Of a DNA stretch of 64,000 nucleotides, positions 28,399 to 42,389 are shown one piece after another. The stretch lies in assembly GCA_964016885.1 (NCBI GenBank), contig OZ024740.1, positions 146,382,001 to 146,446,000 of the forward strand, written 5' to 3'. The number at the start of each line of letters is the position of its first letter. Position 1 is the stretch's first letter. Origin of the DNA: Eledone cirrhosa. Its lineage: Eukaryota. Made by a program: the position numbers and the translations under genes. The notes below the pieces were generated by a model that worked only from the letters and a program-made list of their open reading frames with translations, ran no database searches and had not been told where the DNA came from.

Positions 28399-29749
28399 TT
28401 TCCTTTGATAATTCATAAGTTTTATTTACAAATTAATTTGAATGACCTTTATTCCAAATAGATTTATTATATTCAGACAACGGTTTCTTGCTTGAGTTAA
28501 TCATCACTACAGGTTCACTGATATAATAGTCCATGACTGTTTGTTCATGAATCTTGTATAACATCCAATTGAAATATGGAACTGTTGAGTATTTATTTGT
28601 ATCCTGTCTTAGCTGTAAGCTGTCCATAATAGACATGCAAGTGACATGTCTCATCATGTAGTTCACATATCCAAGTATATAAACTTTCCTCCAGTTTATC
28701 ATACGAGGAAACAATTTAACCCTGCACAAATTTTTCCGACAAAAAACATTCTCTCAGCATTACAATTTCCATGTTTAATATATTCAGTAAAAACCAACAT
28801 CATAAACTCTATCTTTTGCTTTTAGTACTCTATCTTTTGCTTTTAGTACTCATGGTTTAGGTTTTAGTCACATTTTTCCTATCAGAAATACACTGTATTT
28901 TTTTCAACACTTATAACTAATAAAGTTGTGCATATACAGATATGAATAATATAGCATATGTATCATGATAGATCTGCTTGTTCCATAGCAAAATTAAATT
29001 TATCATAGGTAGTCATGTTTGTTTAAGAACACGATGTCATCAAACTAGTTTGTTTACAAGGCGGTTATTTTTGTAGATTACGTATAGACATGATCCTGCC
29101 CTATTCAACAATTATTTGCTGATCTATTTGTATGTGTGTTAGTGCATGCTGTGAATTTCATGCCCAGAGCAAGGTTTGGTAGAAAAGTTGCAGGCAATTT
29201 GGTTCGAGTCAAGAACTGTAACTAATCTATAAGTATATATACAGTACATACTCATATACACATATATACATGAATACATACATATACGTATAGACTTAAT
29301 CTGTCACCTGGTTTAACACCATCATCTAGTTTTCACTCTGTTGCAAGCATTCAGACCAGTTTAAGGATAATACACTTCATAATTCACTTGTGTAAATTCC
29401 ATATAACTGGTTTATGCATATTTAATAAGAGCACAGGATCAAGTAAAAGTAAAAGCAGTTTTATTTAATTTGAAATTATTATTGAACATAATATTTGATC
29501 TTTTTTCTTAAAATAATTAGTAGAAATCATAGTTTGGGTGGTAAACCACCAATGGAAATAATATCATTCTCATAAAGTGTGGAAACTGGAGTGCCTAGAG
29601 TAGCCTACACACCCAAATATTGAAAATGGTCTGGAGCAATACTTGAAACAATAAAGATATTACATTAAGAATTACAATGAACCCCTGCTGTATGACATTA
29701 GATTTCTAACGATCATAGATTTAGGAATTATGAATACTGCCATGAGAGT

Positions 29750-31150
29750 ACCATCATAAATCTTTTTCTTCATGCTGCATGATTTGCTGCCAATCTTTCC
29801 GAAATCCTAATAACTATTTCTGTTAGTTCAGCCTTCAAACAATCTTTATATTTCTTCATAGACTTTTGCTGAAGTTTAACGCTCTATAGAAAGCTTGTTT
29901 AGGGAGCCAGCTATCATTTAGCCATGATACATGACCTGCCCATCTCAGTCTATTTAATGAAACATGTCTTAATACTAAAGCATTTCTGTATCTGGAGTCA
30001 TATTCTTCCATAATACACCTAGTAAATGTTTTGATCAATTCTGTTGAATGCTCAATTCAAGCAGTCTCACATGCATGAAGAAATATTGTGATGATTCAAG
30101 TTTCATAAACACTTAATAATTTTGTACTTCTCTTGATATCTTTCTGACCAAGCCAAATTTCCTCATTCAAAGTAGCAAAACTTGAAAGTAAGTGAACATG
30201 AATGTATCAACCATAGACAGTGTCATATCACAAATATTGATATTTCATTGTAAGGATTTACAGGAGCAGGAGTGAACACCACTTATTGTGAGTTTCATTA
30301 CAGTGTAGGCACTCAAAAGTCTATTCATAGTGTCTTTCAGGTCAGTTTCTGATTGTGTAGCCAGGTCACAATTGTTGGCATAATGTAGCAAATGTTTTAG
30401 ACTATATTTTGAAGCATTGTAAGTAATAAAAAAAATCCCAAATGTTGCCGGTTCCACGATGACAAAAACAAACATGAGTATCACTGTCCCAGAAAGTAAT
30501 TCTGAGATTTACAGCAAAATAGATTAAAAACAAGAGTTGGAGTAGGGATATCTCCTTGCTTTACTCTATTTCCCCCAGCAATTAGAGATGATAGTTTACT
30601 ACTGATATCTATCTTTGGTTTTGTACCATTATGGAGCTATTTCAAAATGTCAACAAATTTGGGTTGACAGCCACCCTTTTTTAATACAGTTCAGTGTGCC
30701 TTCCTCTTAACTGTTTCAAAAACCTTCATAAGATCAATAAACACTTAATGACAATCAGCACACTTTTCAATATATTTCTTTTGTTATTGATATGCAGTAA
30801 AACATCATATCTGCTGTCCCTGTTCCTGCTGTAAACTACATTGGCTTTGTCTTAAGAAATATAATGGAGTAATCTATTCAGAAAAATGCTCAAAAATACA
30901 TTCCCTAATGACTGAGAGCAAAGAGATACCCTGTTAGTTGCCACATTCCCTTTTCTTTACCATTACCCTTATACAGTGACAACATAATAGCATCTTTCCA
31001 GTCCTGATGGATAGGTAATTTTTGCCCCAAATCACCTATTAGGTGCCAACTAGCTTCTCACCTCCACATAAAAGAATTCCATTAGTGCTAGAGGTCTTTC
31101 CATTTCTCATCTGCCCAATTACCTGCAATTCTTCCAGATTTTTAGTAATA
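29750..31150 (-). mobile_element. Ancient LINE (RTE/BovB-like) remnant
   Basis: RLRWAGHVSWLNDSWLPKQAFY and LLHYANNCDL (YADD-like) on the minus strand; boundaries approximate. Confidence 0.6.
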
Positions 31151-34100
31151 TCCATCTTTTGGATGATAAATTAAAGAAATAAGTTGACAATGTCTTTATT
31201 GACTATAAATGGTTTCTTAAAAATGTCTGAACTGTTCAACTACTGAATCATAAAGTTGATATAATTTTTACATTTTATTAATTCATTCATGTAAAATGGG
31301 GCATGCAGTGCAAAGTGTAGCCCTTTTTGATGTGAAAGTGTATGTGTGTGTGCGTGCATGTTTTGTATAGATCTACATATATGTAGATATATATTTCTAG
31401 AGATACATAGACAGATATAAATACACATACTTATCTACATTAAACTCATTTCTAGCTGTTATGAGATATTCGGTTGGATGCCTGTAATTCACAGTGGTTA
31501 GAATCTGATATAATCGTGGTTGCTATGTCTGATTTCAATGTTATTTGGCCGTCTGTATATTTTGGAAGTCAATTTGTTAGTGAGTAGGTTGTTTGAGAAT
31601 TTTTCTGGCTTAAGTTTCTTAAGATATCATTCTGTATTTGCTCTGATTAAAAAAAAAAAACAACTGTAAGTACATTCAATACCATTTCTCTCTCACTGTT
31701 TTGAATTGAAAAAAAACCATGCCTTTATTTTTTTATAAATAATCTTGAGTTTGGCATTACACCGACGAGATTGAGTTAAGATTGCAATGAATATTTGTGA
31801 TTGAAATTTAATGAATATTATTATCTTCATTCCTAAAAAAATAAGTAAGAAATAGAACAAATATGATTCTATAGTTAAATTTTACTTTTAAATATTGTTT
31901 TAGTTGCGAAATACTGTATAAAATAGTTTCTCTTCCTCCCTACAAAAATATAATGAATAGATCAATCAGAATAAAGCTTGTTGAATATTTATTTTTGTTT
32001 TCCCCAAAACAGAAAATGGCAGAATGTAGACAACTTCATGACATGACATGAACTATCCTAAAAAAAACAAAACCAAAGGAAATCTTCATATTATAACGTT
32101 AAAGGAATCCCAGCTGTTTTCCAAATGTCTTAGACATTTTAGGATGATTTACTTTGCAAATAACAGTTTATAAAATGTTATATATCCACATTTCATCATT
32201 AGTCAAAAAATAAATCTTAGGCATTCTTGTAACACCACGTAAAGTGGTTATAAGAAAATGAATAAATTTATTTTGTAGATTTTCAACTGGGCCTTCTAGA
32301 AGATCCTCAACTGATGAAAATTTGAGCTTATTCTCTGGATGGAGCCATCTGTACCGGAGGAAGAATAATGCTTTAGACTCTGTAACACTTTTATTTTATT
32401 TTTCATTAAAACATCTTCACATATGTTCAAAAACCAAGAAATCTTGCTCATTTGCTCATTTGTCAGACATCTTTTGGTTTTTAGAATATGCTCCAAGCTA
32501 AAAGTAATGCTTTACTGTACTTTAATGCCTGTGACCAAAAACAATGTAAAACATTATGAATAATAATTTATATATTAAGTTATTTTTTTCTTTCTTTCTG
32601 TGGAAAGTTTAAACCATCTGAGATATTTGTAACATCTAAAAATGAAGCATTTTCTATTCAGCTAATTAATAAAAAAAAACAGGTAGTAAATTGTTTATCA
32701 GTAGCTAAATTTAGGAATGTAAGAATTGATTTTTGTTGATTTTTAAAAAAATTCTTATATTTTTAGGTTGACCTTACCAAGATATGGTTTCTTCAATCCT
32801 TGTCCATTCTTGAGAAGGTCAGAACACTTTTTTAAGTGCTACTAACCTTGTTTTTCTGTGCAAGTTAAACAATATTGGCTTCACTTGGTGGGGTTTTTCT
32901 CTGCAACAAGATTTCTTCTTTTTTCCTATAACCCAGCAATATATTGTTTGCATCTATTGGTTTGTAAGTGCTGAACTTATCTGGATGACTCAGTGATTAC
33001 ATAAAGTTACATCTAACCCTTTTGAGTGCATTTGTCCTTACCCTCCTTGAAAACCTTTTCTCTCTGATTTGACTTGCTGCGTATGCCTACTAAATATATT
33101 TTGAAATATTTTGATGATGGTACATGGTTTAATTAGATTGCTAATAAGGCTACAGGTTTTGCTTTTTAATTTATCTCTTGCTTATCTGCTTGTTTGAGGA
33201 ATTTTACTTACTACTGTCTTCAATGAATCTTTTGAGTGGTTATTTCTATTTAATTCCTTCTAAAATGTCGAGGTGTCTTTTGCTTTCTTCTTATCAATAA
33301 ATTGCACCATCTCCTACCTGCCTGCCTACATTTCTGTCTTGCCAAAGAAAAAAAAAAAAATCATATAAACTAAAATGTGCATTATTTTTCAGATATTAAT
33401 TAACTATTATTGACATCTTTTTGTAGCACATTTTTTCTTAATTAGTAAAGCGTTGGCTTAAAACAAATTACTAGTATTAATTTCTAAATCAAGATTTCAT
33501 TAAATGGATTAATATTTTGTTTTTTATGTAAATTTTAAGCATATAAATTAATATTTCTTTAAGATAAGGGATTATGAGATAATTATTCAATTTAATTCAG
33601 TTTATTTTCATTTTATACAAGTGTAATGGTGAAAGTAGATTCCACCTGTAGTTAAAATTAACATCAATTACCACACATACTCACAATCAGGAAATCACCT
33701 TTAAAATGGGGTGGTTTTGAGTGGATTGGTATTAAACTAATTAAACTTCCTCTGTCTTTGGAAGTGTAAACCTAGTAATGTTCTGTGCATATATCAGAAA
33801 CTGCTGTGGGCTTTTCTGATCAGATTTTGTATAGCTACTATATTCTACAACAATACAATAGGAGATAATGATCTGAGATTGTTTTAACATTAATAGAAAT
33901 TGTTAAACAACAGAAAGGGAAAGTCCATTTTAGTAAATATCTTAAGGAAGTACCAAGAAAACTGTTGATGTAAATGGTCCACAATGAGTATCTTAGTCTT
34001 ACGTGTTAAATGTAAGATAGTTTTCTGTACATTGCATCATCAGTTTCCATGCTACTTCTCTGAAAGTTTATTTTTTTTTTTATTATTGTAAAATTCCCCA

Positions 34101-37100
34101 GGGATGCCCCATAAGCTGCTAACAACTCTTCATCATGTCTGTATTACTTTATTAGCAAAACAATTAAATTAGAATTAAGCTTTAATGATATTTTAATGTC
34201 ACGATATGTACCTAATGCAAATCTAGATTTCTGAACTTCATATATGAATATCATTGCCAATCAAATTTAAAATGATCTTCGGTTTCCATTTTAGTAATCT
34301 AGAAATTAATTTAAAATGATCTTTGTAGTAATCTTGAAGTTAATTTAATTGTTAGTCTATCATATTTTAAGTACTTTTAATATATACGTCTCTTTACACT
34401 TGGGTTATATTCATTATACTTTGAGCTAGTTATAGGTATAACTAAATAGGGATAAAATATTTGCTAAACAAAAAGTTAGGCACCTTTGAGGATTAAGATT
34501 AGTTAATTGTAGACATATCATAAAAGATGCATAACTGTCAGGTATAAAATGATGGTTTTTTAAATTTTATTGACTCCAGTGCATGACTGGTACTTTATTT
34601 TATGAACCTTGGGAGGATAAAATACAAAGTTGACCTCTGGGATTTGAACCCGGAAAGTTAATAGCTGGAACAAATGCTGTTAAGCATTTGTATAAAACTG
34701 TTAACATTAACTTATACCTTGTCAGATAATATTAGCAGTTTTTATACAATTATGGTCTTCTTAATTGCATTGAAACATAAATCCATCATGTAGCAGGATC
34801 AAACCCAGAAACATGTGGTCGCAAAGCAAACTTTTTAACGACACAGCTATGTCTAAATTTTTTCTTATATTTATCATAGGTTATATGTCTCTTGAGCTTT
34901 ACTTTTTTATATTGATTCAATGAAATATCAGCCACAGCTCCTCCCTCAAATCATAACCTGTCATCTTAAAAAAGGAAGGACATGTTGGATAATGTAGTCA
35001 TAGACATTACAAAAGAATATGCTCACAGCTAAAATAACTTTGATCATAAATCTGCTCATTCAAGACTAACCTGGGGCTAAACAACAACTCTTTTCATGTT
35101 GACTTGCTAAAGGTTTCACTTGAATAATTTTGTTCCTTTTACTTTACTGTTCTATTTTACATGCTAGTTGTTTTTACTATTAGATGCCCTTTCCACCATT
35201 CAGCCATGCACATAAATTAAATCATAGTTCAACAGCTAAATATACTGGTCTGTTTTAATATAACATATATGCTTTGTTTTCTTTTTCTTTCAACATTTCT
35301 TTCACTTCTCAAACTTTTTAACTGTCTCTCCCCTTTTTCATAACTAGCATTCTGTTAACTCTAACATTGCAACTACTTCAATGAATTGTTACTTTTAAAA
35401 CAACTTATATGAATATAAATTACAATCTGAATATGTAGTGATTTCATTTTTTTAATTAGAATGAATTTCTGTGTGTAGGTTAACATTCGTGAGAAAAGAG
35501 TTCCAAAATGTTGCTTTTCTGAAAAAAAAAAAATGATTAGGAAAAATGTTTATTGCAGTATCTAGGAGAGGTGAGATACAATAAAGATGATGAGAAAAAG
35601 GGAGACATGCTTTGAGTGAGCTTAGATATAGATATAGGCAGTATGCAGAGAAGCATGCATCTTTGACCTTGTGGTTGTTGCATGTTAGTGAGTGAGTTTT
35701 AGTCAATCAGTATTCCACTGTGGGTTATAGTCAAGCTTTGTATAATATAACATTTTTTTTGCCTGAAGAGTTGGATGTAGTTTTCACAATGTTATATGTA
35801 GAAGAAATCACCAGAAATGGTGAGGCGTAACATTTTTAGTCACTTTAAGGGCCTTGCTTTATATATGTGATATTCATATGTAGGGAGAGTGGAGCACAAA
35901 ATCGTTTCCTTGATATTTGTAGTGATTGTGTCTTGGTGCTGCTCAAGAAAACTAAGTTATCGCCATTGAAGAATGCTTTTGAGGTCTCTGTTTATAGAAG
36001 CAGCAGTATGAATTGTGTATAATTCATTTGGATGAGACCTGTATGTAAAAAATCAAAAAGGAATAAAGGATGATAACATTTGTGTAAGTGTGTACTTGGT
36101 TACACATAACAACAAGCAGGTCATTATAGCAGTGAAAACAAAGGAACAGAGCACAGCCAAACTTTGTATACTCAGCAGTTAATAGAATGTGGGTTGGACA
36201 GATCCTTTTTAGTATGGCGAGGGATAGTATGCAATGAAACTTCTGAGATTCATGAGATAACAGTTTGTTGGAGCCAATAGATGGACCACTTAGCTAGCAG
36301 GTCAGTCCTCTTACCAGACAGTTTAAAACTTTGATGATGTCAAGAGCTAGATCATTACTGATGCTAAAGTTCTCAAGTGTGAAAGACAACTGGTGTGTGG
36401 TGCAGAATAACAAGTCTTTAGTAGATCTGGCTTCATGGAAACTGTACTAGTAGTCAAGATGTACAATAAATATATATAGAATAATCTTTTAACAAAATGT
36501 ATTAGTATAAATTTCTATTAGTCTTATAATCCTATTGTATTTTTTATAACATTTATCAAACAGTTGATTGTATTAACCACTCTATATTGCATTGGTTGTA
36601 TTACTAATGTGTCATCTCATTTTTATATATATTATTTTTTTCATTATATATATCTGTTGTCATTATAAAATGCTGGAGATAAATAGGATTCACCCACAAT
36701 TATACAGACACCATCATCAATATCTAATGCAAACCATTTAACAATGTTGTTTGCTATTTCAGTTTGTTTTCAGCTATTTTCAACTGTAGCACAACAAGTA
36801 ATACCTTGCATTATTTCATTCACTTGTCCTCTTTCTTAACCATTCATTTGCTGTGTTCTCTGTTATATTTCATATTTTGAAAATATGAAAATTATGGATT
36901 TTAGTTTATGTAAGAGTGGACTTCTGAATCTAAGGAAACCAGATGTAACAGAGTTGATAGGGTTATAGGTAACGAGCTGAAGGAATGATATTTGTATCCT
37001 ATTACCCTCTCTGTGCATTGGTCTGGTTATTCAGAACTTAGTTACCAAATGATGAAGTTAATATTGGTCAGAGTAAGAGGAAATACTTTGTCCCAATCTG

Positions 37101-37282
37101 TTCTTTAATTAAATGTTTTATAATACTTATAATACGAGTGAATAGAAGTAGCCATTTGATAAATTAATGAAAATATGTAAATAAAAGCAAATAAAGAAAA
37201 GTTATACATGCAATCTATATCTAACTCTTTTGATACCAACCCCTCTGAAACCACCTGGTTCTATAATACAAAATTGCTTTAA

Positions 37283-37466
37283 CCCTTTAACATTTAAACC
37301 GGTCGTATATGGTTCAAATCGGCTGTAACCGGCCACTTATACTGATGTTAAGGTGTTGTTATCAAAATAAATAATGTCAAAATCTCATAGATTCGATATT
37401 ATGTGAGGTAAAGCCTGTACTGTGAAAATATAATTGTAAATATAGAGTAATGTGAATGCTAAACAG
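37283..37466. mobile_element. piggyBac-like MITE, apparently nested in a second TTAA-type element (~37224-37648)
   Basis: TTAA flanks; CCCTTTAACATT...AATGCTAAACAG; homologous to 61162-61380. Confidence 0.65.
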
Positions 37467-38349
37467 TTAAAGTGTTTAAATTTACACAAACATCTACCAT
37501 AATATGGAAGAACCTTTGTTATGTCATGCTCTACACACCAAATAAATAATGAGAAAGTTATTTGTATTACTAAATCCCTTAAATTGATTTTCAAAATTAT
37601 TTGAATATCATAGGCAATGTCTTTCATAAGAAATATGGTAACAAAACGGTTAATTAAAAAAGCAGCAACATTTCAAATATAAAGATATTATGTTGTGAAG
37701 CTGTATTTTCTTGACATGTGTCATTGAAGTGATTGAGACAACTTAGTTGTGCTATAAACTATATTAATCCTTTTCAGACCCGTGCTAGCGTGGAAAATGG
37801 ACATTAAACGATGATGATGATGATTTCTAATGAAAGACACTGCTTTTGGTTTCCAAATCATTAAATAATCAAGTATTTGGTGGGATATAACTAACCTACT
37901 CATAATGAAGCTGGTGTTTGGAACATAACATAATAAAGGTTCTTACATAAAATTATGATTGAAATTTTTTAGATAAATACAAACACTTTATAAGAAACAA
38001 CTTTGTATCATATAGTCAGGACAGTTGGTATCAAAAATGCTAAGACAATACGATAGATATGTCAGGAGTTGGATACCTATTTAGAAATATTATTAAACTA
38101 TAGTTAATGCAAATAAACCGTGGTTAATACATATTGGTGAATGTTTATTTGTATACCTCTTGCAGTGTTGGAACTTCCTGTTGCCATATGTTGAACATCA
38201 ACTTTTGTTTGTTGATATCAAGGATCAGCTATGCATTTTCCCCTTGTTTTCAATAACAATTTACTGTATTTTTTAGTGTGTATAAGATGCCTTTCTTACC
38301 CCCAAATTTCATGTTGTTGAAGGTATGAATTTAATAAAAATAACAACAA

Positions 38350-38930
38350 TGATTTCTAATTTAGGCCCAAGCCCAGTAATTTTGTGGGGAGGGATAAGTA
38401 GTAGATTACATCATCTCCAGTGCTTCACTGGTACTTTATTTTATCAACCCTGGAAGGATGAAAAGCAAATCTGATCTCAGTGGGATTTGAACTCAGAAAA
38501 AGAGCCATAGCAAAATAACCATAAGACATTTTGTCTGATGCTCTAACAATTCTGCCAATCCATCATCCTGTCCCCCAATAATATTTCTTCTTTTGACACA
38601 AGGCCAGCAATTACCACAGTGCATTACTGGTGTTTTATTTTATCGACCCTCTCAGGATGAAAGGCAAAGCTAAGCTCGGCGGGATTTAAACCCAGGACGT
38701 AAAGGGCCATAGCTCCATGCTGCAAAGCATAGTGTCTGACGCTCTACCGATACTGCCAAACCACCGCTCCCAATAATAGTAATGAATTCTAAATTTTGTA
38801 ATTTAAAAAAATAAATAATAATTGTTTCTACTTTTGGCACAAGGCCAGCAAAAAACCCAGTGTATTACTGGTACTTTATTTTATCGACCCTGTAAGGATG
38901 AAAGGCAAAGTTAACCTCGGCAGGATTTGA
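38350..38930 (-). mobile_element. Cluster of three tandem tRNA-derived SINE copies ~1 kb upstream of the ADAR1 exon
   Basis: Repeated CACAAGGCCAGCAA...TTTATTTTATCGACCC...GGATGAAAGGCAAAG...GGATTT[G/A]AA. Confidence 0.75.
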
Positions 38931-39849
38931 AAAAAAAAATAATAATAATATACAGAAAGCCATATATAATTATAACTGTATATTTAAATGGACATGCATA
39001 ATTTAGTTTGTTTTAATACCTGATTAATTAATATCAATATGGATATTTTTCTTCAATGAAACTTAACTGTTTACATTACTTCCTAATTTGTAAAATAACA
39101 AAACAAATGTGACAACATTTGTATTGTGTATACAGTAAATGTTGTTGAATGTGGTGCAAGACAACTCTTTTGTATCTTAAACAATACTCTTTTTAAATAT
39201 CAGGTTAAATCTTTGTTCAACAAAAAATCTTTTAAATACAAAAAAAGGGGGTAGGGGAAGAAACTGATTACCATATAGAACCAAGGAAACTGTTTTCATT
39301 GGTTATTTCATTGTTGATACTATCTGTCTGTTGCAACCTTTATACTACTACAACTTTTCCCCTGTGCTTTTTCTTCAAAATAAGGGTGTTATTTAGACAC
39401 CAGTCAGTGCATCTTATATCCTGAAAAATATGGTGTTTATTAACAGTGTTTTGTGTTGTGTTGTTCATTTAATTGAATGGAATTTTTAACAATAAATATT
39501 TTTACTATTTATATTTTTTAAACTGGAAATTATATTTCCCCATTTCATATTAAAATATTCTTTATTTCAGTTTTAAAATACAAGGAGTTTTATTAAAATT
39601 TTGCAAAATTCTTCCTTTTTATTTGTATCTAAATTTACAGTATAAGTACAATATAATTCCAAATTTTTTGATGGTTATTTTATTTGTAATTATTAACATT
39701 ATAAATGTTTTTAAACATTCGATATATTCAATGGCGTTGATGGAATTATATTTGATTATGAAATAGATTTAAAAAATATAAGACCTTATTACAATTATTG
39801 ATATGTTTCTGCAATAATTGATATATTTGTTGTTTTCTCTCCTTTGTAG

Positions 39850-42098
39850 GAATCAAGCTTGAATGTACATCCTGAGTGGGAAGACCGCATAGTGAATTAT
39901 CTAGTCCATAAGACTCACCCTGTAAAGACCATGGAACTGGCACGTCTTGTAAGTGTTCGTTCACGCAAAGAAGTGAATCCAACTTTGTACAGCATGGATA
40001 GACGTGGTTTGATAAGAAAGCACGGTATGCAGCCGCCAACATGGGTTATTGCCGATCCACCTGCATCTCATACAAGTTATAACCAGAATGAAAGTCATTA
40101 TTCAAGTAGTCCAGGAATGTATCAGCATGGTCCAGTATCAAGAACACCACCAAATTTCTATGCTAATAACCGTGAAAGTTATAGAGGACAGAAGACTCCC
40201 AATAATAATTACCAGCGTTCGAAACGATCAACCTATAGAAGTGAATGGCATGGTTTCTGTCCACCATCTCATATATACTCAGAAAGTAAGAGTGAATCTC
40301 TAATCTACAGTCACAGTAGTAAAGATACTGAAATTCTCTCTATTGGAACCACTAGTTCTCCAAATAGATTACGCTCAGAAAGTTGCAGCCCAGATGATTG
40401 TGAAGCCCTGGAAGCAGCGATTGCTAATTATCCACATGGTGGTGGATATGGCCAAGGCTATTCAGGACATTTCTCTGTAACTTCTGAATCTAAACAAAGT
40501 GGTAAGCCACGAAGGAGAAATTGTGATAACTTTAACATCCAAAATTCTTCAAATGGTACCATGATGCCATTAAAAAATAATGACAGGATGGTCATCCAAC
40601 AGAAAAAAATAGAGTTGCAGGATGACCATGAAAGGCATTACGATGGAAACTATCAATCATACCCTAGTAATTTTATGAACTATGCAAATCATTCTTTTGG
40701 AGATATGCCTGTTTGTTACCGTCAGATGGACCGAGAGGGTCCGGATGTGTCTCGCGTACACCTGAGTTCCTTGAAGAAAGAATCGAAGGACCTCTCGCCC
40801 CACGATCAAATCTCTCCCAAACGGAACTCAAATATAAAAGCTGGCAATTCTGACCCTCATGACCCACATGCTAAAATCATTTCCTTCCTTGATAAAACCA
40901 TGAATGGTTCTGCTAAGTCACGTGAAATAGCTAAACATACAGGCCTTTCTCTGGAAGAAACTCAAAAGCATTTGCATAGTTTATGTAAAAAGAAAATAGT
41001 CACTACTATTGGTGAAGATATTTATATAATGGCAAAGAATGCAGCCAGTTATGAAAATGAAATTCCTGCTGGAAAAGGTTCTTCATCTGCGAACTCTGCC
41101 ATGTCCCGTCAGTTTTCTGGTGGAAACCGGCAACCTCCTGCTCCTCCACATGTTCTACTGGCGGACAATGGCATCAGCTCCAGCAACATGAAAAGTGCTT
41201 ATTACCAAAGTAATAGTTCCCAAAAACAATCTGGGCCATCAGGTGAACAGAAATCAGCATCAAATCAGACAAGTAGAAATTCACATCTACCTCCTTCCCC
41301 TCATGAGCTCCTTGCAAAGGATCCAGTCTTTAAAGGAGATGTTGCTGTGTCCAATTCAAACAATTCTTCTAAGGAATTCAACCAGTCGTCATCATCTTCG
41401 TCAGCATCCTTGTCGTCCTCAACGTCAAAGAATTCTAGGTGGAACAATAACACTGCATTGGTAGAAAGCTCAAGAGCACCAGCTACTAATTCCACTTCAA
41501 CGTCATCAACTACATCATTTGCGCCAAGCACTAAGCAAAGTAATTCAAGTGCTAAGCAGTCTGCTGGAAATTCTAAGCAGACGTCATCGTCGAAACAAAC
41601 TGCTTCAAATTCTAAAGGCTCTGGGTCAAAAGGTTCCTCAGGCTCAAAGCAAGGATCTTCTAATTCCAAATCAGGTGCTTCGAGCTCAAAACAAAGGGCC
41701 AATAGTCCAAAGCAAAATGCTTCAAATAATCAATCATCTCAGTCTAATTCAAATTCCACTGTTAACTCAAACAATAAAAAGAATTCAGCTGATAATATAC
41801 AAGATCTTCTTAAGAATACATCCATTTCCTCTCCAAGTGAAACTACTGAAACTAAAACACCAACTTTAGCTGAAATCAAGGCAGCAGCAGTAGCGCAGGC
41901 GTTGGCCGACAAAGCGGCTGAGAAAGGAGCTGACAAGGCTGGTATTGACTCACTGGCACCAAATCTGCAGATCACTTCAGAGAGTTTTGCTGCCCTTAAC
42001 AAAAATCCTGTAAGTGCATTGATGGAATATGCTCAACAGCGCCATTTACCTGTTGAATTTAAGCTCTTATCACACAGAGGACCTTCTCATCGACCATT
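39850..42098 (+). CDS. ADAR: ADAR1 large coding exon: Z-alpha, disordered linker, second winged-helix domain, Ser-rich region, N-terminal half of the dsRBD
   Basis: Acceptor ttttctctcctttgtag|GAA (phase 0) and donor TT|gtaagt (phase 2). Open frame of ~750 aa. Z-alpha signature RKEVNPTLYSM...QPPTW (39871-40050). dsRBD start KNPVSALMEYAQQ...GPSHRP. Confidence 0.96.
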
Positions 42099-42389
42099 GT
42101 AAGTAGATTGCTTGTTTGGTTCATTTTTATTTTTGTCAGACATAATAATTTATTTGTTATATTCTTTCAGAGGTTGCAGATATATTTTGTAATTAAAAAA
42201 AAAAGAATTATTTGGTCTAAATTGTAGGTAAAATATTCTTCAAAAATGTACCTTGTACATGTGTACAGAAGACAAGAAGGAAGGGATTTGGTGTGAGAAT
42301 GCCGTGGGAAAGATAAGAGCAGAAATACAAATTTATGCTGGAATGTGTGTATGGTGTTGGTGTCTTGATTTCTGTAGAGTGAGTAAACA

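Noticed and set aside
29160-29220. MPRARFGRKVAGNLVRVKN as the ADAR1 first exon
   Set aside because: The donor is weak (gtaact) and phase 1, incompatible with the phase-0 acceptor at 39850.
32279-32500. Acceptor-flanked open frame (FSTGPSRRSSTDENL...) as an exon
   Set aside because: No homology recognised, no convincing phase-0 donor, and the frame ends in a stop; it could at most be UTR.
39746-42002. Antisense and alternate-frame ORFs overlapping the ADAR1 exon
   Set aside because: Short shadows of a low-complexity coding exon with no recognisable motifs.
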